Assembly: GCA_002269645.1 (NCBI GenBank)
Contig: NIVC01004250.1
Location: 1-53,290, forward strand
Direction of reading: 5' to 3'
DNA length: 53,290 nt
From: Macrostomum lignano
Taxonomy: Eukaryota
Shown: positions 1-15,785 of the stretch, piece after piece
Position numbering within the stretch: position 1 is the first letter of the stretch
Layout of the letters: the number at the start of each line of letters is the position of its first letter
Notes under the pieces: generated by a model
Databases searched by the model: none
What the model saw: only the letters and a program-made list of their open reading frames with translations
Told to the model about the DNA's origin: nothing
Translations under genes and position numbers: made by a program

Positions 1-47
1 CTGACCAGGCCAGTCCAAACGACCTGTTGCACCGGGACGCATGACAG

Positions 48-640
48 AAGCGCGCATTTTTAACTGCTCTCAGTGACATGAGCGCGCATTTAAACGCACA
101 AGCGCGCATTTAAACGCATGAGTCTGGCACAAGCGCGCATTCTAGACACATCAATCTGAATTCTGCAGTTTGAAGTTATTAGAATAATAAGACATAGGCG
201 TATTCAGCTTTCCCATCAAGTCAGTGCAGTTCTCGCTGAGTGAGTGGGTGGGGCGACGCAGAGTGCACAGCTGCTTCCGTGGCGACTGGGATCGGCTTTT
301 GCGGAAATCGTCGAAAGCACAATGTATCGACAGCGTCGCAGAATCATTCCGCCGCTATCCGAGGACGCCGACGTCACTTACGAGGCCCTTCTCGATGCTC
401 CGGAAAGTTTCCGAAGCATTTACAGCGTCAATGTGCTGCTCCAAGGACGTGTGGTCGTCCCAAATGGTGGTGTAGCCAAAAAATAAAGCTTCCTGACTTT
501 GTGCCGGACCATCAGCTTCGTGACTTTGTGCCGGATAGTCGTAAAAATTGCCTCCGCGCTTATGTCTCAGCAGTAAAAATTGCCTGCGCGGTAAAGTCAC
601 TGTGGTTTTTGCGCACTTGTGCCTGTGCGCGCTTATTTCC
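48..640 (+). mobile_element. possible internally deleted Mutator-like DNA transposon relic
   Basis: Four copies of A(A/G)GCGCGCATT at about 48-142, inverted copies at 611-634 (GCGCACTTGTGCC, TGCGCGCTT), and between them a short frame ...STMYRQRRRIIPPLSED... resembling the linker upstream of MULE catalytic domains (recognised from memory). No TSD or true termini identified. Confidence 0.3.
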
Positions 641-2386
641 ACACTTGCCAAAAAATACACATTGGTCGATGAATTTTTACTTTTTCGTCTCGCAACTGAG
701 GAGAGTTCAAAGCAATGGAGGGTTGTCTGGAAATGAAAATTCATGGCATTGGTAAACATGGCCATTACCATGTTTTCTCACTGCCAGCTAACTTCATTGG
801 TCAATTTTTCCATCAGGATCCGAGTGGGAAGGGAGAATGTTGTGTGTGGGGGCGAAGCCCCCACTTACAACCATAGATTATTTTATTTTAGGCACCATAC
901 AATGCATCATAGACTATTGCCTTAACGTAAATTACCATAGACATTTTGAACAATGGGCCCTACCAACAGAGCCGCCTTAGCTTCTACTACGATTCAAAGT
1001 GGCACTCCTACTGTGAATTTGTCTAGGGTGGTTGCCAGGACAACAAGAACTACCGCTTTTTTTGGGCCGGCCGACTGCGAGCAAACCTGCAGTGGCTGTC
1101 AATTAGGCTGACTATATTAAATAAAATTGAATGCACTCAGTAATTCCTATCAGGAAATTTTTTTCGAGTTTAACTAAAGCGGCTTCAGGTTTAATTTAAT
1201 TCGTTTGCATTTGAGGTTTTATTACTATAAATTTTAAGAAGCTAAGTAGCTCATTATTGTAAACTTAACAAAAATAATTATACGAGTAACATGTAGCCAC
1301 AAATGTACATGCTGACAGATTGGGGGGGGGTTGAAACTTGCAATAAAAAGGAAGATTTCTGGGTTTAACAATAACTTAAGCTGCGTCATTGTTTTTTAAA
1401 AAGAGCAAGCATATGATCTATTGTTCAGTCAGACACACGGCAAACTCTGAAGAGAGGAAGACAAATATTTTTAGTCTTTTGGATTTTATGACAAGGAAAA
1501 CGTTTTGCCACCGTACCGTTAAATTTAAGCGGCAGGATTGAAGCTTCAAATCCGAGGTATGAGTTTTTTTTATCAGAACTTGCAAAGAAGCTAAGTAAAT
1601 CTTTTGGAGAAAATCAATGATAAAATCTGTTGGCGGAGCGCAAAAGACGGTAGCTATAGAAAACTGAGCTAAAAATTCAATAAGGAATCTAATAAATTTG
1701 CATTTTTTTGTCGCTGCTATCACAGATGCTTCATCGCTGTCCATAATTTGTAAACAATGGTTGCTTGAGGTACACTTTGTGCACTAGCTAAATGTGTTCA
1801 TTACAAAATAGTTATTAACACAGGCGAGGTCAAAAGTTCATTTAGCTACATGTATAAAATATTTATTCGATAGTGATTGGCCGAGGCTCAAGTTTTATAT
1901 AAAAAATGCTACCTGCTGCTCACTGGTTTCCACATGTAGTAGCATTTTCAATTTTCTAGTATAAAGCTCACTAACTGGAATAAACAATACGTATTTACTC
2001 TTCCAATAATTGCAAACCGCTAATAGCACTTTAAAACTGGCTTAGACGTATGGTGTGTTGCGTTGTGGGTTAAGCAGCTAGTGCTAAAATTGTATTTTAG
2101 ACGGCCAAATGCCTCGTCATCTAGATATTGGTCTGTAAACATCCAGGCAGCAGTTCAAAGTTTCAAATAATCTCTCCGAACCCCTACGGCCATGGTTTTG
2201 AAAAAAAATTGTGTATAATAAACACTCGCCAAATTCTTGCAAGGGTTTGAACTTCAGGCTAACAAGTTAAATGAAAGTGTACCATAAATCGTAAAATTGT
2301 ACTTTTCTCTGAGCATAATACGAGTATATCTATTCATACCTGTATCTGATAACAATAATTTTTTTGCGTGAATCGATGCTCGGACA

Positions 2387-4942
<2,556 letters not shown>

Positions 4943-5906
4943 TTAATTCTTATCTACATGTATTACCCCATAATTGGTAATAAAATTAGTGTCTTAAGGC
5001 TCGTTCATAAAATTAGTCGCAATATATTTCACGAATAACGTGAATAGCATCGCAAAAACATGTAGAAGCCGTGCAATGTGCCAAAATTAGTTCATTTAAC
5101 GACGACGACAAAAAAATTATTATGGGCGATAAGACTAACTGCGTGTGCCATTTAATTAGGACTAATTGAAAGCTTTGAACTTACACGAATCCCAGTGCAC
5201 TTTATGTTTCTCTCCCAGAAAGTGTCACCTAATAGCGCAGAGACACCAATAAAAAGTTCTTATCGCTGCTAAGGCTTCTGCGACTCAATGCGTGTTGCTT
5301 TTTTATGCTCCATGACGGGCTTAGCGAGAAAGAATGATCAGGGGTGCTGTGAGTGACTGCACCCACCCCCTTCGCCAGCTCTCCACCCTCACAGCTCTCT
5401 TCTGGTTGCTAAGATACGGTAAACTATCTACGCACTGTACCCTGTACTCGCTTACTTGCACTCCTGTCTCCCTCTACCTCTCTCTCGGTCCCTGTGCAGC
5501 CCCCCCCAATTCCCTATGCAACAACAATGTACATGCTCTGTCCAGATTATTACTAACTAAATGTACGGCTCAGCCCAGCCCGCGGAGATGCAGAGAGCAG
5601 TTGAGCAGAGGAGAGCATTGCGCAGTGCAGCTGGTAAATTATGGAATGCTGTTTACTCTCTGCTCGAGACAGTCCGTCGCACAATGGGTTTTGGGGGTTC
5701 AAGTCAGGCCACTCTGCATGCAACTTTGTAAACAACTTCTTCTAGCTACATGGTTGGCTCCCTGCCGCTCCGCGCCGTCTATTACTCCGCCATTTTAATC
5801 CTATATTATAAAACACCTGGCTAAAGTACTGCATTAATTTTTTTTTTGCTTTCACTCTCTGTGACGCAAGCAAGACTCATATTATAAAAGTAGACAAAAT
5901 ATGTTA

Positions 5907-6282
5907 GGAGTGACATACTTGGAGTGTCAGGAGTAACATGCTTTAGGTGTCAGGAGTAACATGCTTTAGGTGTCAGGAGTGCCATACTTTAGGTGTCAGG
6001 AGTAACATGCTTTAGGTGTCAGGAGTGCCATACTTTAGGTGTCAGGGGAGTGACATACTTTAGGTGTCAGGAGTGACATACTTTAGGTGTCAGGAGTGAC
6101 ATACTTTAGGTGTCAGGAGTAACATGCTTTAGGTGTCAGGAGTGCCATACTTTAGGTGTCAGGGGAGTGACATACTTTAGGTTGTCAGGAGTGCCATACT
6201 TTAGGTGTCAGGGGAGTGACATACTTTAGGTGTCAGGAGTGACATACTTTAGGTGTCAGGATTGACATACTTTAGGTGTCAG
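5907..6282. repeat. minisatellite, 23-bp unit GGTGTCAGGAGTGACATACTTTA
   Basis: Directly visible tandem units, with variants AACATG, GCCATA and GGGGAG. Confidence 0.95.
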
Positions 6283-6691
6283 AAGTGGCAATAACGTCGC
6301 CCACTGCAAACTAATCGCGTCACAAGATAATTAAAATGCATAATTGCAAACTTCCTTTGTGTCCCTCGGGATTACTCTCTAGCTGTTTCCGATTAGAATA
6401 TCTGGTTACTTTTTACGCAAATTTGAAAATGAAGAGATGAGGGTCATCTCGGCGCACCCAACCTTAGCAGGCGCAGCGCTCACAGCTCGTAAATAAGTCT
6501 GCCCATTAGAAAAATGAAAACAACAAAAAGAAGGCCCATAGCTGCTTTTGCGCTCCGCCACTCGCAGGAACCGCCGGTTGTATCGCTTTTTATGCAATAC
6601 GAGCTCTGATTCACTTCAGTACGCAGATTCTACTTTTTGAAAGGAATTTTTTTCCTAGGGAATCAGATTTTTTTTTAAAGCTGTTTTCATA

Positions 6692-7393
6692 TAGGGAAGC
6701 AGATTTTTGGACTGGAAAGCAGATTCTCCATTTGGGAAGCAGCTTCTCAGATAGGGAAGCAGATTCTCAGATTGGGAAGCAGATTCTCAGATTGGGAAGC
6801 AGATTCTCAGATTGGGAAGCAGTTTATCAGATTGGGAAGCAGGTTCTCAGATTGGGAAGCAGATTCTCAGATTGGGAAACAGGTTATCAGATTTGGAAGC
6901 AGTTTATCAGATTGGGAAGCAGGTTATCAGATTGGGAAGCAGGTTATCAGATCGGGAATCAGTTTAGCAGATTGGGAAGCAGGTTATCAGATCGGGAATC
7001 AGTTTAGCAGATTAGGAAGCAGATTCTCAGATTGGGAAACAGGATATCAGATTTGGAAGCAGTTTATCAGATTTGGAAGCAGGTTATCAGATTGGGAAGC
7101 AGGTTATCAGATTGGGAAGCAGGTTATCAGATTGGGAAGCAGGTTATCACATTGGGAAGCAGGTTATCAGATCGGGAATCAGTTTAGCAGATTTGGAAGC
7201 AGGTTATCAGATCGGGAATCAGTTTAGCAGATTGGGAAGCAGGTTCTCAGATTGGGAAACAGGTTATCAGATTTGGAAGCAGTTTATCAGATTGGGAAGC
7301 AGGTTATCAGATTGGGAAGCAGGTTATCAGATTGGGAAGCAGGTTATCAGATTGGGAAGCAGGTTATCAGATTGGGAAGCAGGTTATCAGATC
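6692..7393. repeat. minisatellite, 20-bp unit ATTGGGAAGCAGGTTATCAG
   Basis: About 35 tandem units; explains the repetitive ORFs at 6732-7500. Confidence 0.95.
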
Positions 7394-8284
7394 AGAAAGT
7401 ACGCACCACCACAGAGGCAGCCACACGCAAGACCAAAAGTTCTCCTAAGCCAACCAAAATAATGGAGCAAGTCGCTGTGCCGTTTATTTCAACTAAATAA
7501 TTGTTTTACTTAACAGGTATACTACTTGCAGCAATAAAATACGCACAGAATCTAACAATCCCTTTTGAATGGTTTCATAGTAACAAAAATGTGTTGGATA
7601 TGACATTTGAGGATCTGAGGATCAGGTGTATTTTACAGATGCTTATACATATATCTATATTTTGATGCGCTAGCAGGTTAATTATGGAAGCATATTCGTA
7701 TTAAGAGACCGGCTCCGCGGGTGTTTCAGCAAGCACAGAACTAAAAGCAGCTGTCTTTTGTTTTTGAGTCACTCATAAAACGTGACATGCCTTCCTTGCA
7801 AGATGAATAAAATTGTAAAACTGTTGGCTTGAACTTCAATTAAAATGAGCGCGAATTTGGGGCACTGCATCATCAGTCTTAAAAAGAAGTTCAAGGTCGC
7901 TAAACGGGTACAATGTCCGCACGGGTTTGGGTGGTTTTGTTGTTAGGGGGGAAATCACAGCACAATGAGAATTGGTTAGAGATGCAGGTGAGCTCAGGTG
8001 AGTCAGAGACTGGCTGACCGGCTGGCGCACGCCTTCTGCTTCTGTCTGCCGGGTGATTGACAGGTCAGCGAAGGTTATAGCATTTGACAAAATCACCCAG
8101 CGTGAACGCATCGTTCGATTTGTTTCAAGAAAAATTAACAACAAAACAGTAAGTTTATGCAGCTTAAAAGTCAGTTTTAACGGTCACTAAAAGCGCGCAA
8201 ATATAGTATAGATTTGTATAGATTTGAATGTTAGATTATCAATCATTCTACTGATCTGATGGGAGAGAGTTAGGGACAAAAAGA

Positions 8285-8585
8285 GATGAGACAGAAAAGA
8301 AAAGAGGGGAAAGACAAGGAGAGAGGGGAGAGACAAGAAAATAGGGGAGAGACAAGAAGAGAGGGGATAGACAAGAAGAGAGGGGATAGACAAGAAGAGA
8401 GGGAAGAGACAAGAAGAGAGGGGAGAGACAAGAAGAGACAAGAAGAGACGAGAAGAGAGGGGAGAGACAAGAAGAGAGGGAGAGACGAGAAGAGAGGGGA
8501 GAGACAAGAAGAGAGGGGAGAGACGAGAAGAGAGGGGAGAGACAAGAAGAGAGGGAGAGACGAGAAGAGAGGGGAGAGACAAAAA
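8285..8585. repeat. GA-rich degenerate tandem repeat (GAGAGGGGAGAGACAAGAA-like)
   Basis: Purine-rich imperfect units downstream of the catenin stop codon. Confidence 0.9.
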
Positions 8586-8760
8586 GAGAGCAGTGTCCAG
8601 AACGAGTCCACTATTTCCAAGGTTAAAAAACAATTTCCATATAGTCATTCGCAAAAGCAGAAGCAAAAATGAAACAATAATTTATGCAAAGAAACAGCAA
8701 ATCCGCGATGAGCTGGCGGTTAGTCATAGGAAATTGAAGTATTATTAATTAATTTCGGCC

Positions 8761-11011
8761 TCAAACCCAGCTGTCAGCCACCTGCTGTTGCTCCTGCTCC
8801 TGCTGGCTCTGCACTACCGTGGTGGTCTTTGTCGTGGTGGTGGCGCTGTAGCCGTAGCCCCTCTCGCCTCTGTTGATCTGCGCGTATTGCGGCTCGGAAG
8901 AGGTGGCACGCAGCTCCAGGGTGGTGGGCTTGGAAAGGAGGATGGAGGGAGAAGAGTTTGGCTTTAAGAGGACAGGTGCGATGCTGGAAATGATGTGTTT
9001 GTGACGTGCGTGTGATGTGTGATATGATCTACGTGTGTGATCTGTGTGGCGAATCTGTGTGGCGATCAGTGATGACTCAATCAATGTATTGCAATGCTAA
9101 AGTCGCAACCCCGCCCACCTGGAAGCCCGCATTGTCGTATGCGATATTCACGCCACTGCCAGCACCGGCTGAGGCGGACGAGCCGTGCATGTGCTGCTCC
9201 TGAACAGTCTTCTTCTGCACGGTGGCAGAGGCGGAGACCGACCCGGACGGGGCCGCTGGCGCGCCGCTCTTTGGCTTTTGCTTCCGCAGCAGCTGATGCT
9301 GGCTGGACTTGTGCGGCCCGCTCCAGCCGAACTCGTCACGCAGACGGTTCCTGAGCAGGTATGGGGGGAGAGGGTGAAATTGTGAGTTGATGGGAGTCAT
9401 TTTTAGGTAGATTATTAGGTAGGTAGATCGGTAGATTGAAACGTAGGTAGGCAGATTTGGAGGTACAACGGTAGATTAATACTCGTAAGTAGGCAGAAAG
9501 GTAAAAAGGAGAAAGGCATATAGACAGATTGGAAGGTAGATTGACATATTGGAATGTAGACTGACAGATTGGAAGGTAGATTGACAGATTGGAAGGTAGA
9601 TTGACAAATTGGAATGTAGATTGACAGATTGGGAGGTAGATTGACAGATTGGAATGTAGATTGACAGATTGGAATGTAGATTGACAGATTGGAATGTAGA
9701 TTGACAGATTGGAATGTAGATTGACAGATTGGAATGTAGATTGACAGATTGGAATGTAGATTGACATATTGGAATGTAGATTGACAGATTGGAATGTAGA
9801 TTGACAGATTGGAATGTAGATTGACAGATTGGAAGGTAGATTGACAGATTGGAAGGTAGCTTGACAAATTGGAAGGTAGATTGACAGATTGGAATGTAGA
9901 TTGACAGATTGGAAGGTAGATTGACAGATTGGAAGGTAGATTGACAGATTGGAAGGTAGATTGACATATTGGAATGTAGATTGACAGATTGGAAGGTAGA
10001 TTGACAGATTGGAATGTAGATTGACAGATTGGGAGGTAGATTGACAGATTGGAATGTAGATTGACAGATTGGAATGTAGATTGACAGATTGGAATGTAGA
10101 TTGACAGATTGGAATGTAGATTGACAGATTGGAAGGTAAGATTGACAGATTGGAAGGTAGATTGACATATTGGAATGTAGATTGACAGATTGGAAGGTAA
10201 GATTGACAGATTGGAATGTAGATTGACAGATTGGAAGGTAGATTGACAGATTGGAATGTAGATTGACAGATTGGAATGTAGATTGGCAGATTGGAAGGTA
10301 AGATTGACAGATTGGAATGTAGATTGACAGATTGGAAGGTAAGATTGACAGATTGGAATGTAGATGGACAGATTGGAAGGTAGATTGACATATTGGAATG
10401 TAGATTGACAGATTGGAAGGTAAGATTGACAGATTGGAATGTAGATTGACAGATTGGAATGTAGATTGACAGATTGGGAGGTAGATTGACAGATTGGAAG
10501 GTAGCTTGACAAATTGGAAGGTAGATAGATCGACTGGAAGCTAAATCGCGGACTTGGAGGTAAATCGGCTGCATAGAAAACAATTGATAGATTGGGACTT
10601 GGAAAGCAAATAGCGCTCAGTAAGCAATCAGTAGGCAGCTTTGAGTCCCCATCCTCACCTGTTTGCGGCTCCCTCACCGCTCGAGGCAAGGAAGGCGAGC
10701 AGCGCATCAGCATACCGGACGACAGTCTCGGTGTTGCCGGCCGGGTTGCCGCTGATGTGCACCAGGCTGGCCACGGCGCCGCAGCGGAACAGCTCCTCGG
10801 TGACGACGCCGGGCTCGCGGCGCAGCGCGGCGAACAGGGCGGCGATGATGGCGGCCTGCTGGTCGGCTGGGCGCCGGGCGCCCGGGGGCAGCGGCTTCTC
10901 CTTCGAGCCTCCGGCCTGCGACGACGCCTGGGCTGGCGGCAGAATTGAAGCCAGAAGCTGCACCTGCTGAGCTGTCACCTGAATTATTGATTGATTGATT
11001 GATTGATTAAT

Positions 11012-11052
<41 letters not shown>

Positions 11053-11055
11053 AAT

Positions 11056-11096
<41 letters not shown>

Positions 11097-11099
11097 AAT

Positions 11100-11176
<77 letters not shown>

Positions 11177-11282
11177 ATTAATTGTTAATTCATTGCTTGA
11201 TTCATTGATTTATTGATTTATTTATTTATTTATTTATTTATTCATTGATTCATTGATTGATTGACTGACTGACTGTTGATTT

Positions 11283-11317
<35 letters not shown>

Positions 11318-11320
11318 AAT

Positions 11321-11369
<49 letters not shown>

Positions 11370-11470
11370 ATTAATTGTTAATTCATTGCTTGATTCATTG
11401 ATTTATTGATTGATTTATTTATTTATTTATTTATTCATTGATTCATTGATTGATTAATTGATTGATTAAT

Positions 11471-11511
<41 letters not shown>

Positions 11512-11514
11512 AAT

Positions 11515-11587
<73 letters not shown>

Positions 11588-11686
11588 ATTAATTGTTAAT
11601 TCATTGCTTGATTCATTGATTTATTGATTGATTTATTTATTTATTTATTTATTCATTGATTCATTGATTGATTGACTGACTGACTG

Positions 11687-11720
<34 letters not shown>

Positions 11721-14700
11721 AATCGATTGATTGATTAATTGATTGATTAATTGATTGATTTATTGATTGATGGATTGATTAATTGATTGATTGATGGGTT
11801 GATTAATTGATTATTTAATTTATTGATTGATTGAATGATTGATTGATGAAGCGTACCTCCTTGGGCGCCGAGTCCTGCAGCACGTTGCGGTAGGCGGTCG
11901 CCAGGGTCACCACGGCAGACCAGAGCGGCGGCGGGGCCTCGGCCACAAGCTGGCACAGCAGGTGGTGCCCCTTTGCCGCCCGGAACTGCTTCCGGAAGTC
12001 CACAGCTGGTTGCCAGGAGCAAGCGGCCAGGTTCTGCACGGTGCCGGCCGCGGCCTCAAACATGTGCGGCCGCTGGCAGGCGTCCAGCATGTGCAGCAGT
12101 AGCGGCGCCATGTCGGCTGGGCACCAGATCCGGTCCATGCCGTGCACCGGGTTCGGCATCCGACGCTGGATGATCGGCGCCTGCTCGGTGGTCGCCTTGC
12201 CTTTGCCGCCAGCCGGCTGCTTCTGCTGCGGCTTCTTTTGCCCCGCTGGCTGCCGCTTGTCCTTCGACTGTCCGGAACCGCAGCAGGCCAGCGGCGACTT
12301 CTTGGCGGCGGCACCGTCGGCAGCCGCCGCTTTAGCCTCCTCCTGACGGCGCAGGTAGCCGGGATCGGCCACCTCCTGGCAGGCGAAGGCGAGGTTGCGC
12401 ACGGCGCACAGGCAGTTCTCCAGGCCCGGCTGATTCACCTCCAGCTGCGCCGCCTGGGCGGACAGCAGTGGCCAGACCAGGCTGTCGGGCAGCCCGTCGA
12501 CACGCCGCAGGCGGTCCCGCCACTGCTCGCCGGGCGTGGAGGACACGGAGCGCAGGACACCAGAAGCCAGGTAGAAAAGGAAGGTGGCGTGCATCGGCTG
12601 GTGCGCGCTTACGTAGGCCTCCCCGCGGAGCTCCAAACCAGCGTGCGGCAGCAGCACAGTCTGTATCTGTTCACCGATATGTATCGAAAGTACATTTTTA
12701 TTTTAGAGACTTACTTCCTTTATCCAATCTACATCTTCTATATTTAATCTACCCCTTATTTATCCAATCTACCACCTCCCTATCCAATCTAACCCTTCAC
12801 CATCCAATCTACAATCTCCCAATCCAATCTACTCTGGAGAGCTCTGCTCACCAGTGTCTGAGCGCAGGTGTCAATCACGTCGGGCTTGAGCGTGGGTGTC
12901 GAGCTGATGTTCCACACTGCGGCACAAGCAATTTCGCGCGACTCCTCGTCTCTGCTGGTAGCGATGACCTCGCTGAGCAGCTTGAGAACCCCAAGGCGGC
13001 ACAACTCGAACTTGAGTTCGTCCAGTTTCTGGTCGGACACTTGCTCGCGCTTCTTGTTCATAGCTTCATCCTCGTTTGATCTGAGACGAATTGATGAAAT
13101 TGATTTTATAATCATTTCTCTTAATAGGGAATCCTAGGGAAGGAGAGCCAATAGAGGGAATACTAAGGAGGGAATCCAAGAGAGGGAAACCTAGGTAGAG
13201 AATCCTAGTTAGGCAATCTTAGTTAGAGAATCCTAGTAAGGGAATGCTAGTTAGGGAATGCTAGTTAGGGAATCCTAGTAAGGGAATGCTAGTTAGGGAA
13301 TGCTAGGGAGGGAATCCTGGGGAGGGAATCCTAGAGAAGGAATTCTGAGAGAAATCCAATTTCAAGGGAAAGAATTCCAAGACTAAATCCCCCATAATAA
13401 CCCTTGAAAGTCTACAGGAATCTCAGGCGGAAATCCCAAGGCCCACCTAAAGGTGACGTTGCGCACGATGCCCAGCAGGTTCCGCAGCAGGTCGAAGCCC
13501 TGGCCGCCACCACCGCCGACAGCCGCCTGCAGCAGCGCCACCAGCTGCGGCAGGCCGCCTAGCCTGAAAAACTCCACCTTGGCGAAGTTGTCGGCGAATG
13601 TGACGTGCTGAATGAAGGCGGTGGCGTTCAGCACGGTCTTGTCGTTGTCGGAGCGCAGGTAAGCGACGAGGTCCGCCATGGTGGGGTCGCGGAATGCCGC
13701 GGCGCCTCCGTCGACCATCTCGACCTGGCGGGCTTGCTGCTGCGTCATCGAGCGCTCCGTCCTGGTCTGCTGCTGGGCCTCCTGGCGCATTGCTGTCATG
13801 GCAACGGCCGACTGCTCCTGCAGGTCAATGTCGCGGACTGAGAGTCCGTAGCCGACTCCGACTCCGCCACCACCGCTGCTGGCGCCGCCGCCGCCTCCGC
13901 CGGCGCTGCCCTGAGAGCGCAGCGTCATCGAGGCGCTTCCGCCGGCGTTGACGCGAGCGTTGCCGCCGGAGAGAGCTGTGGGGATTTTAATCCGGAGATA
14001 TTGATTGAAGATTTTGAATTGGTGCGCAGAGCATTTGTATGCTCGTACATAAAACTGCTTTGAGGCTCGTCAAAGTTACAGAAAATCCTCTGGGGTAGAG
14101 TGCGAGCAAGGTAAGGTAAGGATTTGTGGGCTGGGGTCGACAAGTAGGGTAGGCAAGGTGGGTAGGCAAGGTGGGTAGGCAAGCTAGGGTAGGCAAGGTG
14201 GGTAGGCAAGCTAAGGGTAGGCAAGCTAAGGTTAGGCAAGCTAAGGGTAGGCAAGCTAAGGTTAGGCAAGCTAAGGGTAGGCAAGCTAAGGGTGGCAAGC
14301 TAAGGGTAGGCAAGCTAAGGGTAGGCAAGCTAGGGTAGGCAAGCTAGGGTAGGCAAGGTGGGTAGGCAAGGTGGGTAGGCAAGCTAGGGTAGGCAAGGTG
14401 GGTAGGCAAGCTAAGGGTAGGCAAGTTAGGGTAGGCAAGCTAGGGTAGGCAAGCTAGGGTAGGCAAGCTAAGGTAGGCAAGCTAAGGGTAGGCAAGCTAG
14501 GGCAGGCAAGCTAACGGTAGGCAAGCTAAGGGTAGGCAAGCTAAGGGTAGGCAAGCTAAGGGTAGGCAAGCTAAGGGTAGGCAAGCTAACGGTAGGCAAG
14601 CTAAGGGTAGGCAAGCTAGGGTAGGCAAGCTAGGGTAGGCAAGCTAAGGGTAAGCAAGCTAAGGTAGGCAAGCCAAGGGTAGGCAAGCTAGGGTAGGCAA

Positions 14701-15692
14701 GCTAGGGTAGGCAAGCTAGGGTAGGCAAGCTAGGGTAGGCAAGCTAGGGTAGGCAAGCTAGGGTAGGCAAGCTAGGGTAGGCAAGCTAAGGGTAGGCAAG
14801 CTAAGGTTAGGCAAGCTAAGGGTAGGCAAGCTAGGGTAGGCAAGCTAGGGTAGGCAAGCTAACGGTAGGCAAGCTAAGGGTAGGCAAGCTAGGGTAGGCA
14901 AGCTAGGGTAGGCAAGCTAGGGTAGGCAAGCTAGGGTAGGCAAGCTAGTATAAAGGTGGGAAGATCAGGAATCACGCAGTCGCGTCTTACATCCCAGTGA
15001 CCCGAACTTGTCAGATCTCGACAAGGTGATTCCACCGCTGCCACCACCAGACTCGTCGCGCAGTTCCCGGTAGTTTACGTACTGGTTCTGCTGGTCTACC
15101 GAAACCTGCTGCTGCTGCTGCCTGGCCGCCCAGTCCAGGCCCGAGGCCTGCGAAGCGTGCAGGCTGCCGGCTGAAGGCCGCGACCCCTGCCTGGTGGTCT
15201 CCACCGTCACCGTGTAGTCGTAACCGACACCGCCGCCTGCGCCGCCGCCGACAATTCCGTTGACGTACTGCGGCGACCGCGGCCCGCTGATGTTGGAGGT
15301 CGAGCCGAGTCGGACGTCGCCGCCGCCGCCGCCGCCGCCCACCTGTCGGCTGGAAGTCGAGGTGGAGAATTCGTAGCGGTGCTGCTGCGGCGGCAGGTTC
15401 GCGTAGTCGTCGAGATCCGGCGGGGGCGGTGGCGGCTGGCGCTGCTGCTGGCGGTACTCCAGCTGGCCGGCGAGGCGGCGACTGTCAGAGCTGGCGGCAC
15501 TGAAGGTTTTTGGCGAACATGGAAAAGGTTACTTTCTTGATCAATTGGAAACTCGACCGTTCTGGGGTTATTTGAGGTCAATTTCAAGGTCACACAAGAC
15601 CGAATGAGCATTTAGTTTCATTGCAATTGTTTCGCTTGCTGATAAGTTTTGTGCAGCTTCTGAACTTTGTGGGTTGAATTATTTCAAATGAT

Positions 15693-15785
<93 letters not shown>

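Noticed and set aside
1418-1744. 108-aa ATG ORF MDSDEASVIAATKK
   Set aside because: AT-rich, no recognisable domain or splice support.
6732-7500. Repetitive ORFs (SDWEAGYQIGK...)
   Set aside because: Minisatellite translations in all three frames.
9336-10713. 415/432/230-aa ORFs
   Set aside because: Stop-free translations of the 20-bp minisatellite inside a catenin intron.
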